DNA of 63,749 nucleotides, filler included, from Octopus bimaculoides (GCF_001194135.2; 8 parts of 6 records of this genome joined end to end with filler, not necessarily neighbours in it), one strand, 5' to 3'; shown: positions 24,261-37,540, counted from the first letter of the whole stretch. Numbers and translations: made by a program. Notes: generated by a model from the sequence alone, not told the origin.

Positions 24261-25140
24261 TGAGATCTTTCCCTAAGACAAAAGATAGAAACTAAGGAGA
24301 GATTTGGCAGGTGTTTTTAGTGAATTGTGCATCTATACCTCCTCCCACATACGCCACCGTGTCCACTTCTTTGACCTGCGGCTGTTGTTGTTTTGCTTAT
24401 CCTCAGGTCTTTCCCGACTGAGCTGACCTATGATCAAAGACATTCCATCCAGCCGTGATCGTTTCGTCGATTTTCCTACGTGCAGGAAGACCAGTACCAA
24501 ATTATTCAAGCGTTTACCCTTGTCTAATGACACCAAGGTATAATTTGAGGGAGATTTGGCTGCTCATTTCTAGCTGGTTAGTCAAGCGGCCACCAAGAAA
24601 GCAACTCGTTCCTGTTGATTGAAGTACTGGAGTTGCTTAGTTTTATACAACTAATCTCATTTGTAATATTCTTTACGGGAATTCATAACAATTCATACAT
24701 TTCTATACAAACACATACAAATATACATGTTTGTATTTGTGCATTTGCCGAAAGTGTGTGTGTGTGTGTTTGTGTGTGTCCGTGTACGTGTGTTTTTGTG
24801 TGAATTTAAGCTTATGAGTTACGATGATGTACCTCCTGCTTTAACTCTAGTAAGGGAGTTTTTGAATGTTCGATTTTAGGAATTTTATATACTATTCCAC
24901 AAACATGTATATGTTGATCGTTCCTGTATTTCTCCATGAAAATCATCCACACTACGCTGTTTGTGAATGCGCACGACACATCCACTTTTAAGTAGGTAAC
25001 ATATACAAATATTACAATCAAATACACGCGCACTTATACTTTAATACACACACAAACACACACATGTACGTATGTATGTATATATGCACACACAGACATA
25101 TACATATATATGTGTGTGTGAGAGTGTGTGTATGTATATG

Positions 25141-25142
25141 AG

Positions 25143-25195
<53 letters not shown>

Positions 25196-25196
25196 G

Positions 25197-25290
<94 letters not shown>

Positions 25291-26302
25291 CAGATAGATA
25301 GATAGATAATCAGGNNNNNNNNNNNNNNNNNNNNNNNNNNNNNNNNNNNNNNNNNNNNNNNNNNNNNNNNNNNNNNNNNNNNNNNNNNNNNNNNNNNNNN
25401 NNNNNNNNNNNNNNNNNNNNNNNNNNNNNNNNNNNNNNNNNNNNNNNNNNNNNNNNNNNNNNNNNNNNNNNNNNNNNNNNNNNNNNNNNNNNNNNNNNNN
25501 NNNNNNNNNNNNNNNNNNNNNNNNNNNNNNNNNNNNNNNNNNNNNNNNNNNNNNNNNNNNNNNNNNNNNNNNNNNNNNNNNNNNNNNNNNNNNNNNNNNN
25601 NNNNNNNNNNNNNNNNNNNNNNNNNNNNNNNNNNNNNNNNNNNNNNNNNNNNNNNNNNNNNNNNNNNNNNNNNNNNNNNNNNNNNNNNNNNNNNNNNNNN
25701 NNNNNNNNNNNNNNNNNNNNNNNNNNNNNNNNNNNNNNNNNNNNNNNNNNNNNNNNNNNNNNNNNNNNNNNNNNNNNNNNNNNNNNNNNNNNNNNNNNNN
25801 NNNNNNNNNNNNNNNNNNNNNNNNNNNNNNNNNNNNNNNNNNNNNNNNNNNNNNNNNNNNNNNNNNNNNNNNNNNNNNNNNNNNNNNNNNNNNNNNNNNN
25901 NNNNNNNNNNNNNNNNNNNNNNNNNNNNNNNNNNNNNNNNNNNNNNNNNNNNNNNNNNNNNNNNNNNNNNNNNNNNNNNNNNNNNNNNNNNNNNNNNNNN
26001 NNNNNNNNNNNNNNNNNNNNNNNNNNNNNNNNNNNNNNNNNNNNNNNNNNNNNNNNNNNNNNNNNNNNNNNNNNNNNNNNNNNNNNNNNNNNNNNNNNNN
26101 NNNNNNNNNNNNNNNNNNNNNNNNNNNNNNNNNNNNNNNNNNNNNNNNNNNNNNNNNNNNNNNNNNNNNNNNNNNNNNNNNNNNNNNNNNNNNNNNNNNN
26201 NNNNNNNNNNNNNNNNNNNNNNNNNNNNNNNNNNNNNNNNNNNNNNNNNNNNNNNNNNNNNNNNNNNNNNNNNNNNNNNNNNNNNNNNNNNNNGTATATG
26301 AG

Positions 26303-26355
<53 letters not shown>

Positions 26356-26356
26356 G

Positions 26357-26450
<94 letters not shown>

Positions 26451-26470
26451 CAGATAGATAGATAGATAAT
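25141..26470. repeat. (AGAT)n satellite on both sides of a gap
   Basis: Near-identical about 180-bp blocks with the same variant units (ggata, aaata, gacag, taatcagg) on both sides. Probably an unmerged contig overlap. Confidence 0.8.
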
Positions 26471-29400
26471 CAGGGAAAGAGAGAGAGGAAGGCTGGTAGT
26501 TTTGGCAGATACATAGACAGGTGGTTAAATTGTAAATGCATATAAGCATGCAATGTCTTTTCCAGGACGTAGATAAATGCACAGAACTGGAGAATATCCC
26601 AGCTAATGCGATAATGTAGGTTTGAGAAATAATTCTCTTAGAAGAGGCACTAGCTTATTCATGCTTAACTGTCCTTACAAAGTATACTTGAAGAGAAGAG
26701 CAAATAAGCTACTACTTCACATATCAAATCATCTTGATACAACACGCTTGTGAATCAACTTCTTTGTTCACTGCTAAAGCTACATTCGTTTCTGTTCAAT
26801 TGATATATCATTTCGTCTACAGATTATTTACTTACTATTTTCTCAGCCAAACTTTTTTTAGTATTGCAGAATATTCTGCGTACAGAAAGCTGACAGCTAA
26901 TACATCCTACCTAAATTATGAGTCTCAACATTCTTCAAGTGTCTGAAAAGGAATCATGCCAGCAACATCAAACAAATACCATCTTCACCAATATAATTGC
27001 TTACAAACGAGATATCCACCAACAAAAGAATCAATTTCCCAGAAATAAATATCCGCCATATTAGCACCAACATGCAAGCAAGCATGCTCTGAAAACAGAG
27101 CGTAAATCTATTGTGACTGTGTCCTGCTGTAAAGATTCAAGGAATTTGTAGACGATATGTCATCAAACGCTTGGGATACTCTTCACCAATGTTTGATACA
27201 AACTACATTTTGCAAATGTCACATTATAGTAGAACATACCTCAGAATTTGTCGATAATATATCTTAAGGTACAATATACTTTTCCTTTTCAGAAGAATGT
27301 ACAGATGGTTTTAGTTTATTATACATAGCTCAATTTAAATGGTTGTGTGGAATTTAGTTACCTATATCAGGTAGGCAACATTTCCAGCTTAACTCTATAT
27401 ACATGTGTTTTAAGAAGAATATTATTTTAACATTCGTGAATGTTGAGTATTGACCGAAAAAGTACGAGCGTGAATAATGCGACTGAAACTGGATTCCACC
27501 GAAGGATCTCTGGAACGTAAATGGTTCAGGGAATCTCTGCATAGATAGATCCATTCTTCCGTACAACGGATATGTGATTAGGATGTCACGAGAATCACCT
27601 GATGTCTTCTTCAAGGCGAGCCAACCAACTGAAGACAAAGGGGTAGATCTAGAACGAGATGGTCATGCTTGGGAATCCAACCAAAAAGTTAATAGCGGTT
27701 GCTTCATATCGGATCCTATGGAGGAGGTACCTGAGATCTCTAGACCCGCGATCCTCCCAGAAATATTGGACGAAGTTGAATGGATTGTATGGATAAAGCT
27801 TGTTATTTGCAATTTATTAATGTTTTGCGCAATTGAGTGTACAGTGTGATCGATATCGACAAAAAAATGAAGAGAGTTATTTAGTGTAAACAGTTCGGTT
27901 TTACTATTTGGTTGAATTTATTACACCTAGATTCGTGTCACCAATGCTGTTGAAAATATTAGAGTATCAAGACGAACAACCGGAGTTCAACGCTTATTAC
28001 TTGATTGCTGGTATCATTGTTACAACGGTGAAATTCGGGCACACATTCCTTACACAAAGAGGACGAACTACCAGGAATGGGACTGGCAGACAAGGGGTGT
28101 GACCGATGTATGGATTTGTTGTATTTGATAAGAAATGATATTTTTTCCTGGGTATGCCTTGTGCATGAAGCGAATTTAAATATTATTTGTTGTAACATTT
28201 GGGTAAAGAAATTGAGGTTTTCAATTCAAAACTGGATGAAATAGCTTTTGCTCGTTGTTAATCTGGAATCGACGAAATAAATGTTAGGCAAACAGTACGG
28301 TCAGTTAAGTCAACTATTAACAGTTTCACAACATCCATAACTTTGTACAGATTTTAGAAATTTAAATTCAACTGCGTTATCGTTATATTCTTCTACAATC
28401 AACTGGATCGTTATATCCAACTACGTTGTCGTTAGTGTTATACTTAGAGTCAAGCATTCTATTAATGACGATCACAACTTATTTCCAAACGCATCGCTTC
28501 TCGGATTTCACTATCTAAAGTATCATTTATTATATTTATTTTTCTGGTGTAATAAATAGATTATCACTTTTATTGAAAGATTTCTGCCATGTATAAACTT
28601 CCGTTATATATAAGGGTTAGACAGCAAAACAAAAATTACAGTTTTATTCAATATACCTTCGATTAGGCGAATGCAATGTAGAGATTGACAATTTAAATTA
28701 TTTTTTCATTTGGTTATTAAAGAAAAGTTACAAATTATCAAAAGATAAATTAACATATAAGAAAGTTGTTAATTAAGAAAACTGAGGGTTCTTCAATGAA
28801 TAAGACTAAAAAGAAATTTAATGAATGTTGCTTGAAATACAGATTGATGGATGCTTCTTTCTAATTAGACATCCATTGGTATTTAGAGATTCACACACTT
28901 TCATATACATACACGTACTAATATACATATATACGCCTGTGTGTGCGTGGGTGTATGCATGTGTATGTACGTGTGTGCATGTGTGTATGTGTGTATGTGT
29001 GTGTGTGCATGTGTGAGCATGTGTGTACAAGTATCATTCTGAGTATACATGTATAAAAATATTCTAGATAAATTTAGTAGTATCCACGAAAACAAATAAC
29101 ATTGACTGTAAGGAGGACTCAATATATATCTTGAAGTTTTAATTTATTGTAATGTAACTAATAAGGACTTGACTTGGGATAGAACATAGATTCAGTAACA
29201 TTTCAAAGTTACTGCCAACTATAAGATTTTACTATATATATATATATATATATATTTAAGTACTCATACTTGTGTGTGTTCGTGTGCGCATTGACTTTTG
29301 TATATCGTAGGTAACTGTTTTACTTGGCTAACGAAATATGAAAGAAAATTTTGATTTCTAGTCATCTTTCGGCCAGACACCCATAAAATTTTTAATATGA

Positions 29401-29840
29401 TGTTATAAATATAATGTAGTCTTGCAATTTATCATATCAGCTACCACTGTGTACATTACTCCATAGCTTTCAGACAAAACCTACACCTGAGAAACGCAAG
29501 CACAAGACCGCCCCACATGGTGAAGCTGCACGAATGGAGGTGCCACCCTCTACGAACGGAACAGGATTGCAGGTAAAGGTAGATTACGCAAGTCCTGAAC
29601 TAAACTCCTTGTCATGAGTCCCAACGAACCACTAACATCCGAATTTCGGCAGAGCCTTCTGAACGAGCATCGGACTTATTGGCTACATACAGACACACCG
29701 TGTCCGATCTTTTCCCATTTGATGTCCTTGGTCGTCATAAACAACGACAGACTAACTAGTTAACAAATATTTACATTACCGTTGACAAGATAATTATAAG
29801 TGATAGTTTAATCATAAGTTATTGTATGAAGGTGTGTTCC

Positions 29841-30150
29841 TGTGCTCAGTATTTAGAGCCTCGGGCTCACAATCACGAAGTAGTGAGTTCGATTCCCGGA
29901 CCGGGTAGTTGTGTTGTGCTCTTGAGCAAGACACTATATTTCACTTTACTGCAGTTGGCTCAGCTGTAGGAAATGAGTTGAAACGTCACTGATGCCGATC
30001 TGTGTTAGCCTTTGCCTTTCTCTTGGACAACATCCGTGGCACAGAGAGAGGAGACTGGAATGCATGGGAAACGGTTGGTTTTCCATAAACAACCTTGCCC
30101 GGACTTGTGCCTCGGAGAGTAACTTTCTAGGCACAATCCCATGTTCATCA
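29841..30150 (+). mobile_element. tRNA-derived CORE-like SINE
   Basis: B box gagttcgattccc, then tgtgctcttgagcaagacactatatttcac (CORE-like). Same family as 11179-11436. Confidence 0.65.
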
Positions 30151-30664
30151 GAGGTAATATGATTTCAAAATAGGGAAGAGATTGAAAACTTTTGTGCGAT
30201 TTAGTGTAATCATAGAACAGCTAGATCAAAAATGAGTGACCATCCGTTTTCTCACAATCTTCGGATTGCGAAGCGCTCCTCACCAACGCAGGTTCGTACG
30301 ATGGTTGTGATCTGTAAACAATTTTGAATAGGAACCGGAAAGAGAAGTATGAGCACGCAATGCTCACGTGAACACTGAATTCGAAAAACAAAAGATAAGA
30401 ATAACAACGCAATGCGCATAGCAAAATAAAACGGAAGAGAAGAATAAAAACGCATTGTCAAACAAGTTATGTGATGGTCTGCATGCCATCCCAGACACCA
30501 CTATCTCGCAGCTTCACTGCAATTTTTTTTTTTTTTCATCACTTGACACTGATTTTAGATCTATTAGGTGTCTTCGTATGAAGATCACTATAGTACCATG
30601 TCTAGGCTCTAGATCTACTGAGTCGTTCATATACCAATTAAAGCCAGTTCAATAAAATTACTAT

Positions 30665-30823
30665 GCGCAGGAGTGGCTGTGTGGTAAGTAGCTCGCTTAC
30701 CAACCACATGGTTCTGGGTTTATTTCCACTGCGTGGCACCTTGGGTAAGTATCTTCTACTATAGCCCCGAGCCGACCAAAGCATTGTGAATGGATTTGGT
30801 AGACGGAAACTGAAAGAAGCCTG

Positions 30824-30879
<56 letters not shown>

Positions 30880-31092
30880 ATATGTTTGTGTGTCTACGTT
30901 TGTCCCCCCAACATCGCTTGACAACCGATGGTGGTATTTGCGTCCCCGTAACTTACCGGTTCTGCATAAGAGACCAGTAGAATAAGCACTAGGCTTACAC
31001 AGAATAAGTCCGGGGGTCGATTTGCTCGACTACAGGCGGTGCTCCAGCATGGCCGCAGTCAAATGACTGAAAAAAGTAAACGCGTAAAAAGA
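30665..31092 (+). mobile_element. SINE family A, near full-length copy
   Basis: gcgcaggagtggctgtgtggtaagtagc ... (TA)n ... gctccagcatggccgcagtcaaatgactgaaaaaagtaaa. Confidence 0.9.
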
Positions 31093-32135
31093 GTATGCCG
31101 ATAGGAGTTAAAGGCATGGAATATACACAAAACCTCATGTGCCAGTATGATGTAAATCATTTCACAAACAGTTTCGTTACCATTTTGGTTAGTGGGACTG
31201 TTTCAGAAGTTCAGTTGTTTCAGCTTCTTAAACGCTTTTTTGTTTGAGAGGCTATCGCAACATTCACCGAATTCAAATTTAAAACAGCAGGCTAACTTAT
31301 TTTCCAGTGAAGTTTCGGGTTTTTAACTTACTGAAAAGAGTAAACATATTTGTTCATTATTGAAGTACACCTTGAAAATTCGTATTTAACGTGAGCAAGT
31401 AAGAAATTACAGACGCAGGTCTGGAAGATGAGAGTTTATGAATAATGAAAGAAGTATAAAAAACACAGAGCAAAGTGTTTAAGTACCTTTATAGTTCAAA
31501 CAAGACGATGATGTATTAGTTGTAGACACAGGCATACGAAATATCGCGTTTAGAAATCTGTGCGGTGACACGATAATGAGTGAGACTTTACCAGCCAATC
31601 ATATGACCTTCCTTTCGTAGAATAACTACGATGTCTGTGTGTCGATCTTACTTAAACTTGTCGATAGTCGACAGAGTATAGATAAGATAATGTTACAAAT
31701 CCTTAGAATATTCATGGTTATATATAACAATTTACATTCATTTCGTCTGTCTTTTTACGAGACATTTAGAATAGTCGATTACTTGTGGCGTATATAGTAA
31801 AAAGAAACATAAACGGACTTATACTATGTAATTCATATAAGATTTAAATACTATTTACTCTAAACCAGTGCCAAAAAGCAAATCTAAATCAAACGTAATC
31901 TTGTACCATGAGAAAGAGAACTAAATCAACCAAGAATGTTTCGAGACAACTATACTTGAAGTTCAAGAGATAATGTACAATGTTTTGTCATGCTTCAACT
32001 ACAGTCAGCACAATACAAATTAGACAAGAAAATATGCCGACGCTGTTGTTTTCTGAAATAGAAAGAATGTTTGCTGCTGATCTGCTAATGTACAAAATAT
32101 TTTTATTGTTATTGTTTCTTATTACTCTACTTTTA

Positions 32136-32179
<44 letters not shown>

Positions 32180-32285
32180 NNNNNNNNNNNNNNNNNNNNN
32201 NNNNNNNNNNNNNNNNNNNNNNNNNNNNNNNNNNNNNNNNNNNNNNNNNNNNNNNNNNNNNNNNNNNNNNNNNNNNNNNNNNNNN

Positions 32286-32364
<79 letters not shown>

Positions 32365-33104
32365 GTGTGTGCGTTTGTACGTGTCTGTGTGAATGCATTT
32401 CAACACTTTTGTCTTTGTGTGTATGACAGTGTTTGTATGTGTGTGGATGTGTGTGTGTGTGTGTGTGTGTGGTTACGTGTGTGTGAGAGCATGTTTATAT
32501 TTGTAAAACTGTCTCTAGACGCATTTACAAATGTTACGAATGTGTGGTAGAGAACTTAGCTTCGTAAATATGTGGTTCAGTGTTCGATCCTCTTATGCGA
32601 CATTATGGACACTTGCATCAACAATAGTTTCGGGTGGACTAAATATGGGCTGAATGGAATTTAGTCGAAAAGGAAACTATGGGAAACATATCTATAAATA
32701 TATGCGGTGCATATTGTATTCGTGTGTGATATTTATTCAACTTTGTTCCAGGCGCTAGCTGAGCTCGGCGAGCCTTTTGCTCAGTGCTACCTCCTATGAA
32801 ACAAATTTGAAGGAATCGGAGTTTAGCGTTGTTGACAAGAAGAATAGAGCGTATCCAATGATAGGTTTGGCCCTGAATTTTGAACGTTGGCATATAGGAA
32901 TCTTTTATGACCGAAACTTGTCATCTGGAAGGCAGAGTTATAAGAGCGAATTTTCTGTGTAAATTGATGCAAATCAGGATTCTGATCAAAGAGTAAAGGG
33001 AGCAAAGGCTGAGGAGAATTTTGCAGGTCAGGCATGCGATCCTTACCATTTGAGCAGCATAGGCTACTGGATTCTCGAACCCACTTGAAGTCCTTGGAAA
33101 ATAT

Positions 33105-33200
33105 ACAGACATATCCCACGTTACAGTCATATCCCACATTACAGACATATCCCACGTTGCAGTCATATCCCACGTTACAGATATATCCCACGTTACAGTC
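33105..33200. repeat. 18-bp tandem repeat (about 5 copies) inside the Helitron
   Basis: acagacatatcccacgtt / acagtcatatcccacatt units, giving CNVGY(D/V) repeats on the minus strand. Confidence 0.85.
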
Positions 33201-33372
33201 TCTCGGTGTGTGGAATAATCCTCCGCAGGATCATAGTTGAGCGCCTTTGATGCCCATCGACTACACGATGGCTTCTAATAGCCATGAGTGAATATTGGAT
33301 TGAACATTGGATTGAACATTGGATTGAAGTCTCATCATCCAATGGTTATCGTCATCTGCCAATCACGCGGCA

Positions 33373-33589
33373 GAAGTGGATGCAGCGTTGCGTGCCCGAC
33401 GGATAGCACTCTCTTCTGGGTCTCCTTCGGTCCGCGTGGCTGAAGTGGATGCAGCGTTGCGTGCCCGACGGATAGCACTCTCTTCTGGGTCTCCTTCGGT
33501 CCGCGTGGCTGGAGTGGATGGAAAGTTGCGAGCCCGACGGATAGCACTCTCTTCTGGGGTTCATTCGGTCCGCGTGGCTGAAGTGGATG
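33373..33589 (-). repeat. 69-bp tandem repeat encoding 23-aa STPR-like repeats at the Helitron N-terminus
   Basis: More than 3 units. The minus frame reads ATRTEGDPEESAIRRARNAASTS. Confidence 0.75.
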
Positions 33590-33689
33590 NNNNNNNNNNN
33601 NNNNNNNNNNNNNNNNNNNNNNNNNNNNNNNNNTTAATTAATTAANNNNNNNNNNNNNNNNNNNNNNNNNNNNNNNNNNNNNNNNNNNN
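33590..33689. other. Artificial scaffold spacer
   Basis: 44N-TTAATTAATTAA-44N. Confidence 0.9.
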
Positions 33690-33706
33690 TATATATATGT
33701 ATATAT

Positions 33707-34490
33707 AGGTGGTCTGATCAATAAGTATCCGTATTGTTGCCATAGTAACGAAGCTGAAGCACGCAAAGTGAAGCCGCTTAGCACAGATTGACCTTGAACT
33801 CTACTGTGCATGCGCACTAAGTTTTAACGTTCTAACTCACGAATGCTTTTTACAGCAATGCTTGGAAGGAAGGTGTGTAATATGTGATCGTCGCATTGAC
33901 CATAACAAAGCAAAGTTGAGCAGAGAATCTTGGCGATACTTGCTCAGTGGCGTAAGTAAAGTTTTCAAAGAGTTTTCATCGTTCTCGACACAAAGAAATC
34001 TTACGCAACTGAAACCCGAGTGTCCTTTTGGTCAGCTGAAAGCAGTTTTGGTACAAATTTGTCAGGTACGCATCTCATACCCAAATCTTCAGTGATAATG
34101 GACCGAACTGAACCGTAACTAATCTGTTCATCCTCTGATAACTTAGAGATGGTGATTCAACGATTTCTCCTCACAGCTGCACTTACATCTGCGATGTTTT
34201 TCTCAGTTCTGCTGATTGTGGACCTCCCAGAACGTTCGTCAATATCAACATTTTTTCGGCCATCTTAGAAACATATGAACCACTCATACACTTGTCTACG
34301 GCTCATATACCCCTCTCCATAAACTTTCTGCAACTTTGCATAGGCCTCTGACCAGTTATCGCCATGACAACTTTCTCTGTCATGATAAATGCAATGATCA
34401 CACGCTACACACCTTCCTTACAAGCGTTGCTGTAAACAGTGGAAGTGAGCTACAACGTTAAAACTTAGCAGTTATGACAGCAAAAGCTGA
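33707..34490 (-). mobile_element. Internally deleted mariner element
   Basis: TIR-like aggtggtctgatcaataagtatcc. Subterminal inverted repeat ctaagttttaacgtt.ta.ctcac at about 33818 and about 34445. Transposase remnant SIITEDLGMRCVPDKFVPKLLSADQKDTRV. Confidence 0.8.
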
Positions 34491-34652
34491 TTAGGTCATT
34501 TTATCCAAACTAGAACGCAAGATTTCCACGTTCATATTTGAATTCTTTGCGTGTCTATAATATTATTTGCTTTTGTTCATTCCCTAGCTTGATGGGCATA
34601 TAACAACAAGCCAGCCGATACTAAAAATCTCTAGTGAGACATCTTTATCAAT

Positions 34653-34695
34653 GTACCTGAAGAGACCCAGACTGATGGGTCGAAACATGTTGTAC
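34653..34695 (+). ncRNA. Canonical minimal type I hammerhead ribozyme
   Basis: GTAC-CTGAAGA-GACCCA(gactga)TGGGTC-GAAA-C(AT)G-TT|GTAC. All core nucleotides are present, stem II is a perfect 6 bp, stem I is 4 bp, and stem III is the palindrome ACATGT. Confidence 0.85.
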
Positions 34696-34842
34696 CTAAT
34701 ATAGGTCTAATACGAAATCCACCACCTCTTAATTAATACTATTACCCTGACTGCCACGGTAAGTTTATGCGTGTGTGAATGAGGATTTGCATCTAAAAGG
34801 GCAAGCATGGAAAAATTGACTGAAACGATAGAAGAAAATGAA

Positions 34843-35010
34843 GGCGTAGGAGTGGCCGTGTGGCAAGAAGCTTGTTTCTCAACCACATGGTTCCGAGTTC
34901 AGTCCAACTGCGTGAAACCTTGAGCAAGTGTCTACTATTATGGCCTCGGGCAGACCAAAGCCTTGTTAGTTGATTTGGTGGGCAGGAACTGAAAGAAACC
35001 CGTCGTATGT
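34843..35010 (+). mobile_element. SINE family A 5' half
   Basis: ggcgtaggagtggccgtgtggcaagaagc..gaactgaaagaaacccgtcgta, ending in microsatellite. Confidence 0.8.
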
Positions 35011-35049
35011 ATACACACACACACACATATAAATGTATACATGTATGTA

Positions 35050-35093
<44 letters not shown>

Positions 35094-36384
35094 CGCGCGC
35101 GTCCAAAATTGAAATTTTTGTTGTAATAATTACTGCCTCTATTCTTTAGAGTGTGCTTCTTTTCTGATATGTGTTTTATTGACTATGTGTGTGTGTGTGT
35201 TTGTTTTTGTGTGTATGTGTATGTGTATGTGTGTAGTTATGAAAACAGATATATAATCCTTTTTACTACATGCACAAGGCTTGGATTTTTGTGGAGAGGG
35301 GGACAATCGATCACATCGACCCCAGTACTTGAATGGTTCTTAATTTATCGTTCCCGAAAAGATGAAAGGCAAAGTTGACTTCGGGGGAATTCGAACTCAA
35401 CGTAAAGACGGACTAAATACCGCTGAGCATTTTGTTCGGCGTGATAACGATTCTGCCAGCTCGCCGCCTTAAAAGAAAAAAATATATATATATAATAACA
35501 AATAATAACTTTATTTATCAAAAAAATGCTATGAGGATAAAAATAAACCTTCTTTTCTTTAATGTTATTCAATGCATACAAGATTGCACAGCTCTTGTAA
35601 TCACTCCTTCATTGTCAGCATATGAACTTTTTATCCCATCCCTGTACGTTGATTGAATTATGATATTTATACGTGAGCAAAAATAAGTAATTTTACTTGA
35701 AAATGTCAACCTGCATTAAAAATGAGAACTGGTGAATTCATTGATTATGTGTGAATGTATGAGTATACTTGTGAGTATGCGAATGTGTGTGAGTATAAGC
35801 ATGTGTAAGTGTATGTACATCTGTGAGGATTCTGGCATTCCGACATTCTGGCATTCCGACATTCTGGCATTTTGGCAATGAAGAATTGTAGTGAGGGTTT
35901 TGAATGACATAAGCGTTATGCATATGTATTATGTAATTTGCGGTGATAATTGCTTTCAATTTTATGGTTTTTTAAACAAATAACTTGTATATATAAAACT
36001 GCAATTGAGTGGACAGAATAAAGTTGCGTGGCCAAATGATTAGGATACTGTGATCACGACTCTGAGCTTGTGGATTCGCTTTTTTACACTGAGTCTGCCG
36101 TTGAGTAACGCATTTCAGTTAGCGTTGCGCTAGTCTATGTGCATTTTCAATTTTAAGCATTTAGAGTGTCCTCTTAGACATTAGATAATTAAGAGATACC
36201 ACCCACATTTAAAATAACAGCTGGGTTAGCGTTAAAAATTTTAACTGAGGCAAGAGAAAGAAGTGTTAACATTTTATGAATACCTCATTACAATATAGAC
36301 ACAGGCGTGTTTGTGTGGTAGGAGTTTACTTCACGACTACATGGTGCCGGATTCAGTTCTGCTGCGTGGTACCTTAGACAATCA

Positions 36385-37169
36385 AGGAGAATCTTTTGAC
36401 GAAGGCATAGAAGTTCCTGAACATAAGACATCCTGTTGAGTAGGAAATGATTTGGTTCCTCTCAGATGAAAAAAGTTCTGCCAGGACCAGTTGCACAACA
36501 CTCAGAACAACGGGTGGCTTCCCGACAATCTATGTGATGTCCCAGGTATCATGAAAGCCAGATTCCCCAAACTTTGATGGTCTTTAAGTGTCTTCACTGA
36601 GTGTGACAGCATTCCACCCTACATCTTTCAACAGGGCCTTAGGCCCAAATTCAGATGACTATATGAAGCTACTGGAGACTGTGGTCAAACATTGGCTGGA
36701 GAGGGTTGCTGCTGGAAGGCCATATGTATGGCAGCAGGATTCGGAACCTTAACGCACCTCCAGAAAGAGTCAGAAGTGGTTGTCAGATTATTGTACAACT
36801 ACTCCAGTCTCAATTTCAGGCCTCCTAATTCGTTCGATTGTAATCCCATGGATTACTATGTATAGAGTGCGGTTGAGAAAAACACCAACCGCTCTGCCTG
36901 GAAAACCAAGACTGAGCTGGCAGCCAAGATCAAGGAAGTGTTCGAAGATCTTCCCAAGGACACAGTAAGGAACGCAAGGGCGAGGTTCCGGAGTCGTTTT
37001 GAGGCCATAGTGGATGCTCTGGGCAGCCACTTTGAGAAAACCGTTATCTCCAAGCCATAATCAAATTGATATTTTCTGATTTTTAAAAAATACTTTTTAT
37101 TTTCGGATGTGATATTCTGTGTTTATTATTTCGTTTTATGCAATCTCCCAAATTAATACGAACACTCTG
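36385..37169 (+). mobile_element. Tc1/mariner (DD37D/maT-like) transposase 3' fragment with right TIR
   Basis: WFLSDEK, DYMKLLETVVKHWLERVAAGRPYVWQQDS, PPNSFDCNPMDYYV.SAVEKNTN..TKTELAAKIKEVF..RFRSRFEAIVDA. Ends gaacactctg|TA. Confidence 0.88.
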
Positions 37170-37299
37170 TATATATATATTCTTTTATTCTTTTATACGT
37201 TTCAGCTCTAAGGCAGTAACCATGCTTGGGCATGTGTGTGTGTGTGTGTGCGTGTGTGTGTGTGTGTGTGTGCGCGTGCGTGCGTGCGTGTGCGCGCGC

Positions 37300-37540
37300 G
37301 CGCGTGCGTGTGTGTGTGTGTGTATGTGTGTGTTAGTGTGTCCGTGTTTGTCCCATGCTTGACAACTGGTGTTGATTTGTGTACTTCCCCGTTATCTAGA
37401 GGTTCGGCAAAAGAGAACAATAAAATAAGTACAAGGTTTTTAAAAATAAATGCTGCAATCAATTAATTCAACTAAAACCCTTCAAGGCTGTGACCCACAT
37501 CGGTTGCAGTCTGACGACTGAAACAATTAAGAAATATAAA
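37300..37540 (+). mobile_element. SINE family A 3' half
   Basis: gcttgacaactggtgttg..ccgttatctagaggttcggcaaaagag..gcagtct.acgactgaaacaa. Confidence 0.7.

Larger units (their letters stand above)
32640..33589 (-). mobile_element. Degenerate Helitron RepHel N-terminal region
   Basis: KALNYDPAEDYSTH, KWVRESSSLCCSNGK.R.PDLQNSPQPL..LLFDQNPD.HQFTQKIRSYNSAFQMTSFG, MPTFKIQGQTYHWI.S.L..KLRFLQICFIG are characteristic Helitron N-terminal motifs. Confidence 0.9.

Noticed and set aside
25130-26474. Duplicated (AGAT)n blocks and the 513-aa ORF
   Set aside because: The same variant pattern occurs on both gap sides (overlap artifact). The ORF is microsatellite plus N.
33373-33589. CRISPR-like array
   Set aside because: The units are contiguous with no unique spacers, the context is eukaryotic, and the repeat is explained as a Helitron coding repeat.
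35831-35875. 16-bp tandem repeat attctggcattccgac (about 2.5 copies)
   Set aside because: An ordinary short minisatellite with no associated structure.
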